From an uncultured Chloroflexia bacterium (GTDB taxonomy: Bacteria > Chloroflexota > Limnocylindria > Limnocylindrales > CSP1-4), in assembly GCA_963716375.1 (NCBI GenBank), contig OY970306.1, forward strand, positions 1,378,676 through 1,442,675: a stretch of DNA of 64,000 nt, read 5' to 3'. The notes under the pieces were generated by a model that had not been told where the DNA came from, ran no database searches, and saw only the letters and a program-made list of their open reading frames with translations. The stretch's first letter is position 1. Each line of letters starts with the position of its first letter. Of the stretch, positions 30,963 through 40,900 are shown piece by piece. Both the position numbers and the translations under genes were made by a program.

Positions 30963-31943
30963 GTGGCGAGTACCTTCTACAGCCAGATCGCGGCGAACCG
31001 CCGCAACTCCTTTCTGCTCGCGCTGTCCGTCGTGGGCCTGCTGGCCGCACTCGGCCTGACGATCGGATACGGCCTGACGGGCACGACTGCGGGCGGCCTC
31101 ATCGCGCTGGCAGCGGCGACCACGCTGGGCGTGCTCCTGTCGCTCGGCTCGTACTTCGGCGGCGACAAGCTCGTCCTGACCGTGTCCGATGCGAAGGAGA
31201 TCACGCAGGAACAGGCGCCCCAGCTGTTCAACGTCGTCCAGGAGCTGACGATCGCCGCGGGCATCCCGATGCCCAAGGTCTACATCATCGACGACACGGC
31301 GCCCAACGCCTTCGCCACGGGCCGCGACCCCGACCACGCATCGATCGCGATCACGTCCGGCCTGCTCCAGAAGCTCAACCGCGAGGAGCTGCAGGGCGTC
31401 ATCGGCCATGAGCTGTCCCATGTCCGCAACTACGACATCCGCTTCTCGCTGATCGTGGGCGTGCTGGTCGGCAGCATCGCCCTGCTCGCCGACTTCTTCC
31501 TGCGATTCACGTTCTGGGGCAGCGTCGGGGGCCGTCGATCGAACAACGATCGCGAGGGTGGGGGAGGCCTCCAGGCCGTCGTCATGGTCATCGCACTCGT
31601 GCTGGCGGTGATCGCCCCGATCATCGCCCGGTTCGTCCAGCTTGCCGTCAGCCGCCAGCGCGAATACCTCGCCGACGCGTCCTCGGTCGAACTGACGCGC
31701 AACCCCCACGGCATCGAAAGCGCGCTGGCCAAGATCTCGGAGGACAAGGAGGTCCTCGAGGTCGCCAACCGCGCGACCCAGCACCTGTACTTCACGAACC
31801 CGATCAAGAAGTTCGAGGCGCGCTCGAGCAACCTGATGTCGACGCACCCGCCGATCCTCGACCGGATCAACCGGCTGCGGCAGCTGACCGGCGAGCAGCC
31901 GCTGACACCGGCCGATGCGGCGCCCCTGACCGGTCTCGACTGA
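30963..31943 (+). CDS. htpX: M48-family zinc metalloprotease HtpX
   Basis: HELSHVRNYD (HExxH), TM segments flanking the catalytic domain, C-terminal STHPPILDRI. Paired with lemA, a common arrangement. Confidence 0.9.
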   Translation: MASTFYSQIAANRRNSFLLALSVVGLLAALGLTIGYGLTGTTAGGLIALAAATTLGVLLSLGSYFGGDKLVLTVSDAKEITQEQAPQLFNVVQELTIAAGIPMPKVYIIDDTAPNAFATGRDPDHASIAITSGLLQKLNREELQGVIGHELSHVRNYDIRFSLIVGVLVGSIALLADFFLRFTFWGSVGGRRSNNDREGGGGLQAVVMVIALVLAVIAPIIARFVQLAVSRQREYLADASSVELTRNPHGIESALAKISEDKEVLEVANRATQHLYFTNPIKKFEARSSNLMSTHPPILDRINRLRQLTGEQPLTPADAAPLTGLD

Positions 31944-32031
31944 GCCGGGCGGTCGCGCTCTGGCCGGGTGACGACCGGCCGGCGAGCCGCCGGCGACGAT
32001 CGACGACGAAGCGTCCTCGGGCCGTCATTCC

Positions 32032-32061
32032 TTGCTGGCCCGGAAGGGCCCGTGGTATCCT
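32032..32061 (+). promoter_or_regulatory. promoter of the five-tRNA cluster: -35 TTGCTG, 18-nt spacer, -10 TATCCT
   Basis: ccTTGCTGgcccggaagggcccgtggTATCCT, 42 nt before tRNA-Phe. Confidence 0.5.
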
Positions 32062-32103
32062 GCGGACCGCCGACGGGCAACCAAAGCCTGGTTTGGCCAT
32101 CGG

Positions 32104-32179
32104 GCCGAGATAGCTCAGTTGGTAGAGCACGCGACTGAAAATCGCGGTGTCGCCAGTTCGATTCTGGCTCTCGGCACCA
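32104..32179 (+). tRNA. tRNA-Phe (anticodon GAA), CCA encoded
   Basis: Acceptor GCCGAGA/TCTCGGC, anticodon stem CGCGA/TCGCG with loop CTGAAAA. Confidence 0.9.
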
Positions 32180-32198
32180 CCATACTGGTGGTCTTCGA

Positions 32199-32274
32199 GC
32201 GGAAGTGGCTCAGTTGGTAGAGCATCACCTTGCCAAGGTGAGGGTCGCGGGTTCGAGTCCCGTCTTCCGCTCCA
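32199..32274 (+). tRNA. tRNA-Gly (anticodon GCC), CCA encoded
   Basis: Acceptor GCGGAAG/CTTCCGC, anticodon stem TCACC/GGTGA with loop TTGCCAA. Confidence 0.9.
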
Positions 32275-32347
32275 ATTCCTTTCCTGATCTGCGGCTGACT
32301 AGACTGGTCGGGTCGGGCCGCCGCCGTCTGTGATGACTGCGGGCCGG

Positions 32348-32421
32348 TGCCCCTTCGTCCAGTGGTAGGACAGCGGACTTTGGATCCGTTAACCGAGGTT
32401 CGAATCCTCGAGGGGCAGCCA
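32348..32421 (+). tRNA. tRNA-Gln (anticodon TTG), CCA encoded
   Basis: Acceptor TGCCCCT/AGGGGCA (U1-A72), anticodon loop CTTTGGA, T-arm CGAGGTTCGAATCCTCG. Confidence 0.85.
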
Positions 32422-32456
32422 ACTCGCGCGGGAGAGCACCAGCTCGGACATCTCAG

Positions 32457-32532
32457 GGCGACGTACCCAAGTGGTTAAGGGGGAGGTCTGCAAAACCTCT
32501 ATGCATGGGTTCGAATCCCATCGTCGCCTCCA
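32457..32532 (+). tRNA. tRNA-Cys (anticodon GCA), CCA encoded
   Basis: Acceptor GGCGACG/CGTCGCC, anticodon stem GAGGT/ACCTC with loop CTGCAAA. Confidence 0.9.
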
Positions 32533-32613
32533 CTCCTTGAGCTGAGGCCCACGCGATGGCAGCTGGCAAACCGCGTGTCCACGCGGCGTTGACCGCGCTA
32601 GGCTGATGGCCGG

Positions 32614-32700
32614 GCCGGAGTGGCGGAACAGGCATACGCGGCGGACTTAAACTCCGCTGCCCGCAAGGGCATCAGGGTTCGAACCCCTGCTCCGGCACCA
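32614..32700 (+). tRNA. tRNA-Leu (anticodon TAA), CCA encoded
   Basis: Acceptor GCCGGAG/CTCCGGC, anticodon stem GCGGA/TCCGC with loop CTTAAAC, long variable arm. Confidence 0.9.
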
Positions 32701-32712
32701 GGTTCGTGGCGT

Positions 32713-32740
32713 AAGATGGGCTCGCGTGCGAGCCCATCTT
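32713..32740 (+). terminator. hairpin directly after the five-tRNA cluster (terminator candidate)
   Basis: Perfect 12-bp stem AAGATGGGCTCG / CGAGCCCATCTT with loop CGTG. No U-tract follows. Confidence 0.4.
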
Positions 32741-32902
32741 CCATGACTTCGTTGATCCCGTTCAACGTGGCCCAATCGCCGGCGATCCCCCGATGCGCGG
32801 AGTTGAGATGCGATTGAACTGTTGGTGCGCGAATAGCGTTGCCGCGATCGTCGGACTGGTACCAATGCCGCCCCTGACAGGACATATCGGCACAAGACCA
32901 CA

Positions 32903-32933
32903 GTTGACTGGATGGTCCGTCAACCGTTACGGT
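32903..32933 (+). promoter_or_regulatory. candidate promoter of the giant gene (-35 TTGACT, 18-nt spacer, -10 TACGGT) overlapped by the inverted repeat GTTGAC-N10-GTCAAC
   Basis: caGTTGACtggatggtccGTCAACcgtTACGGT. It would give a ~265-nt 5' UTR. Confidence 0.35.
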
Positions 32934-33202
32934 GGAGCGGCCATCGATTGTCTGGTGGCGGTCGCTTGCTGAGTTGCACCATATTGGAATTGGTCCACGG
33001 CTCGGTCACCGGATCGGAGCCTGGGCGGCAATCAGTAGTAGACGCCATCTCCTGGAGCCCTGTGGCTCCAGTTCGCCGAACGATCCCAACGTTCGGCCCG
33101 CCCTCGCCCATGGGTCAAGGGGCATCCCGCACCCAACCTCTCAGAACCGGTCGTTTCTGGTCAGTCGTCGTCCCGGCACCGCGTACATAGGGGGTCGTCA
33201 TC

Positions 33203-34945
33203 GTGATCGTGCACAGTCGTCGCAAACTCCTGATCCTGGTCGCCACCGTGGCGATGCTCGCATCGGCGTTCACCTTCCCGGTCGCCGTCAGCGCGGCTGG
33301 GATCTCGGCGATCAACTATGCCCTTGACGGGCAGAAGGCCGGGCAGACGATTACCGGTCCGAGCACCATCACGACGTTCGCGCCGGCCAACGTCTTCACC
33401 ACCGCCGACACGATCACGTTGACGTTCCCCGCCGGAACGACCTTTGCCAGCGGTCTGACCGAGAGTTCTTTCTCCTGTCAGCAGGGAGCCGGCGCCCAAA
33501 ACTCGTTCCTGGCCGCCTCGCTCAGCGTTTCCGGTTCCGGGGGCGCGACCCCGAAGATCGCGTTCAGGTGTCAGGCCGCATCCATCGGGGCCGCAACAAC
33601 GACTGTCACGATCGCCACGAGCGTCTCGGGCGCGGGCGCGATCACGAATCCGACGACGGCAGGCAACGCATACACATTCGGCGTTTCGATCACGAACGGT
33701 AACAACGAGGTCAAGGCCGGAATCGTCGTCACCCCCGCGGCGATCAGCCCCACCGCCTCGACCTTCACGGCTTCACCCGTGGTCCTCGCGGCCAATGGCG
33801 TAGCGGTCAGCACGCTCACGGCGACGCTGAAGGACCAGTACGGCAACATCATCACCGGCAAGAACGTCGGGATCGTCCAGTCCGGCGGGACCGTGTCCAG
33901 CGTCCCAGCCTCGTCGGGCGGACCGGTCAACGGCAGCGGCGTCTTCCAGACGACGAACACCGCGTCCGGCGTGACCGGGACGGCGACCTACACGGCCACA
34001 GACACGACGGACGCCGTGCAGCTCAGCGCGACGCCTACCGTGACGTTCCAGGCCAGTCCATCGACGGTTGCCTGCGGACCTGCGGGCGGCAGCACCGCTG
34101 GAACGGCCCTCTCCATCGCGGCCGGCTCGCTCGTGAACTGCCAGTTGTCGACGGGCACGCAGTACGTCGCCGCGTCACTGGTCTGGACCGCCACGGGCTT
34201 CAGCCCCTCGGGCTCCGCGAACCTGAACCAGACATTCACTGCCGGTAACACGGCCGGGACGTACTCCATCGCCGCGACGTGGACGGACGATGGCGTCGCC
34301 ACCAGCGCGACCTTCTACTACACGATCACCAACACGGCTTCGACCGTGACCTGCAGCCTGCCCGATGGCTCGACCATCGCGGCTGGCTCGACGGTGAGCT
34401 GCACATTTACACCTGGTGGCGGCTACACGGCCGGAACCCTCAGTTGGACCGCGGGCAGCTTCACGCCCACCAACGTTGCGCCCACCAACGTCAACCCGAC
34501 GTTCACGGCCGGCAGCACGGCCGGTGCCGCCAACATCACGGCAAACTGGCAGGACAACGGCACGCCGATGTCCACAGACGTTCAACTACACGATCAGCAC
34601 GAACGCCGCGTCGATCTCGTGCAACCCGCCGAGCGGCAGCACGATTGCCGCGGGCAGCGCGGTGAACTGCGTGTTCACACAGGGTTCGGGCGGCTCGAGC
34701 GGCTTCGCCTGGTCGGGCAGCAACTTCACTCCGGCCAGCGCCGACGCCTTCACCCAGACGTTTACCGCCGCCAACGTCAGCGCGGCAGGCAGCATCGGCG
34801 CCAGCTGGAGCGACAGCTCCGGCAACCACACGGCGAACTTCAGCTACACGATCACGAACACGGGCTCGACCGTGACCTGCAGCCCACCCACGGGCTCGAC
34901 GATCGCGTCCGGCTCTCCGGTGAACTGCACGTTCACGACCGGTAG
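33203..34945 (+). CDS. giant repeat protein, ORF-track fragment 1 (signal peptide to repeat 2; meaningful to ~34573 only)
   Basis: The in-frame sequence ends at ...NITANWQDNGTPMS. The remaining translation is Arg/His/Gln-rich out-of-frame text. Confidence 0.6.
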   Translation: MIVHSRRKLLILVATVAMLASAFTFPVAVSAAGISAINYALDGQKAGQTITGPSTITTFAPANVFTTADTITLTFPAGTTFASGLTESSFSCQQGAGAQNSFLAASLSVSGSGGATPKIAFRCQAASIGAATTTVTIATSVSGAGAITNPTTAGNAYTFGVSITNGNNEVKAGIVVTPAAISPTASTFTASPVVLAANGVAVSTLTATLKDQYGNIITGKNVGIVQSGGTVSSVPASSGGPVNGSGVFQTTNTASGVTGTATYTATDTTDAVQLSATPTVTFQASPSTVACGPAGGSTAGTALSIAAGSLVNCQLSTGTQYVAASLVWTATGFSPSGSANLNQTFTAGNTAGTYSIAATWTDDGVATSATFYYTITNTASTVTCSLPDGSTIAAGSTVSCTFTPGGGYTAGTLSWTAGSFTPTNVAPTNVNPTFTAGSTAGAANITANWQDNGTPMSTDVQLHDQHERRVDLVQPAERQHDCRGQRGELRVHTGFGRLERLRLVGQQLHSGQRRRLHPDVYRRQRQRGRQHRRQLERQLRQPHGELQLHDHEHGLDRDLQPTHGLDDRVRLSGELHVHDR

Positions 34946-37900
34946 CGCCTACACGGGCGGCAGCCTCGGCTGGACCGCGAGCGGCCTCACGCCGACCGTC
35001 GTCGGCGTCAACGCCAACCCGACCTTCACGGCGGGCAGCACCGCCGGCGCGGCCAATGTCACGGCGAACTGGCAGGACAACGGCGTTCCGAAGTCCCAGA
35101 CGTTCAACTACACGATCACGACCAACGCGTCGAGCGTCACGTGCAGCCCGCCTGGCGGCACGATCGGTCCGGCCACGCCCGTGAACTGCACATTCACGAT
35201 CGGCAGCGCCTACAACGCCGGTACGCTGAGCTGGATCGGCCGGGAGCTTCACCCCGACATCGGTCGGCCCGGTCGTCGCCCCGACCTTCACGGCGGGCAG
35301 CACCGCCGGCGCCGCCAACATCACGGCCAATTGGCAGGATGGCGGCGTCGCCAAGTCCCAGACGTTCAACTACACGATCAATACCAACGCCTCGACCGTG
35401 ACCTGCAGCCCGTCGAGCGGCAATCTTTCGCCGGCCGCGGTCGTGACCTGCACGTTCACGATCGGCAGCGCCTACAACGGCGGTTCACTCAGCTGGAACA
35501 CGAGCGGCTTCACCGCGAACTCGGCCGGTGCCGTTGCTGTCGACGACGTGGACCGCGGGTTCGACGGCCGGTCCGGCCAACGTGACCGTCAACTGGCAGG
35601 ACAACGGCGTCGCGAAGACGCAGACGTTCAACTACACGATCAGCACCACCGCCTCGGGCGTGACCTGCAGTCCGGCGAGCGGGACGATTTCGTCCGGCTC
35701 GCTCGTGAACTGCCACTTCACGACCGGTAGCGCTTACACCGGTGGTTCGCTCAACTGGACCGCCGGTGGGCTGACCCCGGCTTCGGTGCCGGGCAACAGC
35801 AATCCGGTCTTCACGGCCGGCAGCACGGCCGGTCCCGGCAACATCACCGCCAACTGGCAGGACAACGGCGTCGCGCAGTCGCAGACGTTCAACTACACGA
35901 TCAGCACCACGGCCTCGTCCGTGACCTGCAGCCCGCCGACGGGCTCGACGATCGCGGCCGGCGCCCAGGTGAACTGCACGTTCACGCTCGGCACGGCCTA
36001 TAACGGCAGCTCCCTCAGCTGGACCGCCAGCGGCCTCGCTCCCGCGACCGTCGGCGTGAATACCAACCCGACCTTTACCGCCGGCAACACGGCCGGCCCC
36101 GGCAACGTCACAGCCAATTGGCAGGATGGCGGGGTCGCGAAGTCGCAGACGTTCAACTACACGATCAGCACCACGGCCTCGAGCGTGAACTGCAACCCGG
36201 GCGGCGGCACCGTTGCCGACGGCCAGGTTGTCAACTGCTCGTTCGCCCCGGCACGGGGTATGTCGGCGTCGCTGGCCTGGACCTCGAGCCAGTTCAGCCC
36301 GGCCACCAGCGCCGCGGCCTTCCCGGCCTTCACGGCCGGCAATACGTCGGGTCCGGCGAGCATCACCGCCACGTGGACTGACGGCACCGGCAACCACTCC
36401 CAGACCTTCAGCTACACGATCAGCACGACCGCGTCGACGATCGTCTGCAATCCGCCGAACGGCGCCTCCCTGACGGCCGGCGACCAGGTCAACTGCACGT
36501 TCATCGCCGGCGCCGGATATGGCGCGAACCTGGCCTGGACGGCCACGAACTTCACGCCGACCAGCAGCGGCAGCGGGACCCCGGTCTTCACGGCCGGCAA
36601 CGTCAACGCGACCGGCACGATCGGCGCCACCTGGACCGACGGCGCCGGATCCCACTCCGCGCTGTTCAGCTACACCATCACGAAGCTTTCCTCTGCGGTC
36701 ACCTGCAACCCGCCCAACGGCACGATCGCCGTCGGCTCGGTCGTGAACTGCTCGTTCACCCCGGGCACGGGCTACGGCGGCAACATCAGCTGGACCTCGA
36801 CGGGCTTCAGCCCCTCGGGTCCCGTGACGACCGTCTCCGCGCCGTTCACGGCCGGTGGCACGGCCGGGGCGGCCCAGATCAACGCGACCTGGAGCGACAG
36901 CGCCGGGAACCACTCGGTCAGCTTCAACTACACGATCAGCGCCAGCCTCTCCTCGGTCACCTGCAGTCCGCCCTCGGGCACGATCGCAGCCGGCCAGGTG
37001 GTGCCCTGCGCCTTCACCGCCGGTGATTCCGCGGCCGGCCTTGCCTGGTCCGTGCCGGGCTTCGTCGCCGGGCCGAGCGGTTTCAACCCGTCCTTCACGG
37101 CCGGCAGCACGGCCGGTCCGGCCAGCATCACCGCCTCCTGGACCGACGGTGGCACGAACCACTCCCAGACCTTCAGCTACACGATCAGCACGACCGCCTC
37201 GGTCGTGAACTGCAACCCGGCCAACGGCACGATCGCCGTCAGCTCGGTCGTCAACTGCTCGTTCGTCCCCGGCACGGGCTACTCCGTCCCGGTCGCCTGG
37301 AGCTCGGTTGACTTCAACCCGGCGAGCTCGGTCTTCCAGAACCCGTCCTTCACCGCCCAGGGCACGGCCGGCGCGGCGAGCATCACCGCCACCTGGGCCG
37401 ACGCCTCCGGCGCTCACTCGGTGACCTTCGGCTACACCGTCAGCGCCAGCCTCTCCTCGGTCACCTGCAGTCCGCCCTCGGGCACGATCGCGGCGGGCCA
37501 GGTGGTCCCCTGCGCCTTCACCGCCGGCGATGCCTCGTCCGGCCCGACCTGGGCCGTGGCCGGCTTCCCGGCAGGACCGAGCGGCAACAACCCGTCCTTC
37601 ACGGCCGGCAACACCGCTGGCCCCGCGAGCATCACCGCCTCCTGGACCGACGGTGGCACGAACCACTCCCAGACCTTCAGCTACACGATCAGCACGACGG
37701 CCTCGCTGGCCAACTGCGTGCCGCCCAGTGGCAATGTCGCGACCGGCGCGGTCGTGAACTGCACGTTCACCCCGGGTACCGGCTACGGCGGCAACATCCC
37801 GTGGAGCCAGACGGGCTTCACCGGTCCAGCCACGACCGGGACCAATTCCCCGTCATTCACCGCTGGTTCGGTGGCCGGCCCGGCCGTGCTCACCGCCACC

Positions 37901-40900
37901 TGGAGTGACGCCGCCGGCGCGCATTCGCAGAGCTTCAACTACGTGATCAACACCTCGTCCTCTGCGGTCACCTGCAACCCGCCCAACGGCACGATCGCCG
38001 TCGGCTCGGTCGTGAACTGCTCGTTCACCCCGGGCACGGGCTACGGCGGCAACATCAGCTGGACCTCGACGGGCTTCAGCCCCTCGGGTCCCGTGACGAC
38101 CGTCTCCGCGCCGTTCACGGCCGGTGGCACGGCCGGGGCGGCCCAGATCAACGCGACCTGGAGCGACAGCGCCGGGAACCACTCGGTCAGCTTCAACTAC
38201 ACGATCAGCGCCAGCCTCTCCTCGGTCACCTGCAGTCCGCCCTCGGGCACGATCGCAGCCGGCCAGGTGGTGCCCTGCGCCTTCACCGCCGGTGATTCCG
38301 CGGCCGGCCTTGCCTGGTCCGTGCCGGGCTTCGTCGCCGGGCCGAGCGGTTTCAACCCGTCCTTCACGGCCGGCAGCACGGCCGGTCCGGCCAGCATCAC
38401 CGCCTCCTGGACCGACGGTGGCACGAACCACTCCCAGACCTTCAGCTACACGATCAGCACGACCGCCTCGGTCGTGAACTGCAACCCGGCCAACGGCACG
38501 ATCGCCGTCAGCTCGGTCGTCAACTGCTCGTTCGTCCCCGGCACGGGCTACTCCGTCCCGGTCGCCTGGAGCTCGGTTGACTTCAACCCGGCGAGCTCGG
38601 TCTTCCAGAACCCGTCCTTCACCGCCCAGGGCACGGCCGGCGCGGCGAGCATCACCGCCACCTGGGCCGACGCCTCCGGCGCTCACTCGGTGACCTTCGG
38701 CTACACCGTCAGCGCCAGCCTCTCCTCGGTCACCTGCAGTCCGCCCTCGGGCACGATCGCGGCGGGCCAGGTGGTCCCCTGCGCCTTCACCGCCGGCGAT
38801 GCCTCGTCCGGCCCGACCTGGGCCGTGGCCGGCTTCCCGGCAGGACCGAGCGGCAACAACCCGTCCTTCACGGCCGGCAACACCGCTGGCCCCGCGAGCA
38901 TCACGGCCTCCTGGACCGACGGTGGCACGAACCACTCCCAGACCTTCAGCTACACGATCAGCACGACGGCCTCGCTGGCCAACTGCGTGCCGCCCAGTGG
39001 CAACGTCGCGACCGGCGCGGTCGTGAACTGCACGTTCACCCCGGGTACCGGCTACGGCGGCAACATCCTGTGGAGCCAGACGGGCTTCACCGGGCCGGCC
39101 ACGACCACGACCAATTCCCCGTCATTCACCGCTGGTTCGGTGGCCGGCCCGGCCGTGCTCACCGCCACCTGGAGTGACGCCGCCGGCGCGCATTCGCAGA
39201 GCTTCAACTACGTGATCGTCGTGATCGGCTCCTCGGCGGACTGCAACCCGCCCAGCGGCACGATCGCGTCGAGCTCCGTCGTGAACTGCTCGTTCAGCCT
39301 CGGGCACCGACCTCACGGCCGGCCCGGCTGGACGGCAACCGGCTTCAGCTCACTCGGTGGCGGCAACTCGCCGAGCTTCCAGGCGGGCACCGCGGCCGGC
39401 CCGGCCACCATCTCGGTCACCTGGACCGACTCGACGGGCAGCCATTCCAAGGGCTTCAACTACGTGATCAGCATCACGGACTCCAGCGTCGCCTGCAGCC
39501 CGCCGTCGGGCAGCACGATCGGCGCCGGGACCACCGTCAACTGCACGTTCGCCCCCGGCACCGGGCTCAGCTCGGGCCCGACCTGGACCGCCAGCGGCTT
39601 CGCGGCCAATGGCGGCGGCAACAACCCGAGCTTCCTCGCCGGCAGCACGGCCGGTCCGGCCACGATCACCGCGTCGTGGAGTGACAGCAACGGCTCGCAC
39701 TCGCAGGGCTTCAACTACACGATCAGCACGACCGGCCTCGTCGGTCAGCTGCAACCCGTCCGGCGGCGTCGTCGTCGACGGCCAGGTCGTCAACTGCTCC
39801 TTCAGCGCCGGCCAGGGCTTCGTGACCCTGGCGTGGACCACGAGCCACTTCACCGGCCCGGGCGCGGCTTCGCGCCGGCGTTCAGCGCCAACACCGTCGC
39901 CGGTCCGGCCAGCATCACTGCCACCTGGACCGACGGCCAGGGCAACCACAGCCAGAGCTTCAACTACACGATCAGCACGACGGCCTCCACGGTCGTCTGC
40001 AACCCGGCCAGCTTCTCGACGATTGCTGCCAGCTCGACCGTCCAGTGCCAGTTCAACGCTGGCGCCGGATACAGTGGTGGCAGCCTGGCCTGGACCGCCA
40101 GCAACTTCACGCCGGTCAACAGCCCGATCAGCCCGGTGACCTTCACGGCCTCGGCCAGCGGGGGCACCGGCACCATCCAGGCCACCTGGACCGATGGCTC
40201 GGGCTTCCACAGCCAGACCTTCACCTACACGATCAGCACCACGGCCTCACTGGCGAGTTGCAACCCGGCCGGCGGCCCCGTCGCGACGAACCAGGTCGTC
40301 AACTGCTCCTTCAACGCGGGCTCGGGGTATGTCGCCCTCAGCCTGAACTGGTCCACCGCCGGGTTCGCGCCCGGTAGCAGCGCCAGCGTCGTGCCGTCCT
40401 TCACGGCCGGCACGATCGGCGGGCCGGCCAGCATCACGGCCACGTGGAATGACGGCTCCGGCGTCCATAGCCAGAGCTTCAACTACACGATCAGCACGAC
40501 GGTCTCGGCCGCAACCTGCAACCCGGGCAGCGGCACCATCCCGGCCAGTAGCGTCATCAACTGCTCGTTCACCGCATCGGTTGGCTACACCCCAGGCTCG
40601 CTCGTCTGGACGCTGTCGTCGGGCCTCAGCTTCGATCCGAACAGCACCTCCACGAGCATCGCTCCGGTGGTCCTCGCCGGCACGACGCTCGGTCCCGTCC
40701 ACATCACGGCCAACTGGTCCGACTCTTCGGGCAACCGCAGCCAGGGCTTCAACTACACGATCGGGACGACCCCGTCGCTCGTGAACTGCAGCCCGGCCAA
40801 TGGCAACATCGCCCCGGCGTCAATCGTGAACTGCCTGTTCACCCCGGGGTCCGGCTATGCCGGGAACCTCGGCTGGACCAGCAGCAACTTCACGCCGGCC

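Noticed and set aside
32199-32901. ORF-track entries across the tRNA cluster: 32032-32220, 32225-32422(-), 32453-32635(-), 32598-32885(-), 32620-32817 and 32647-32901(-).
   Set aside because: They overlap well-folded tRNA genes or the non-coding leader and have no coding signature.
33075-33097. GAAC...GTTC arms (CGAACgatcccaaCGTTCG) as a Cheo/LexA-type SOS box.
   Set aside because: The spacing between GAAC and GTTC is 9 nt rather than the 4 nt of the known box, and the site lies upstream of a surface-protein gene rather than the repair genes. I treated it as a plain hairpin.
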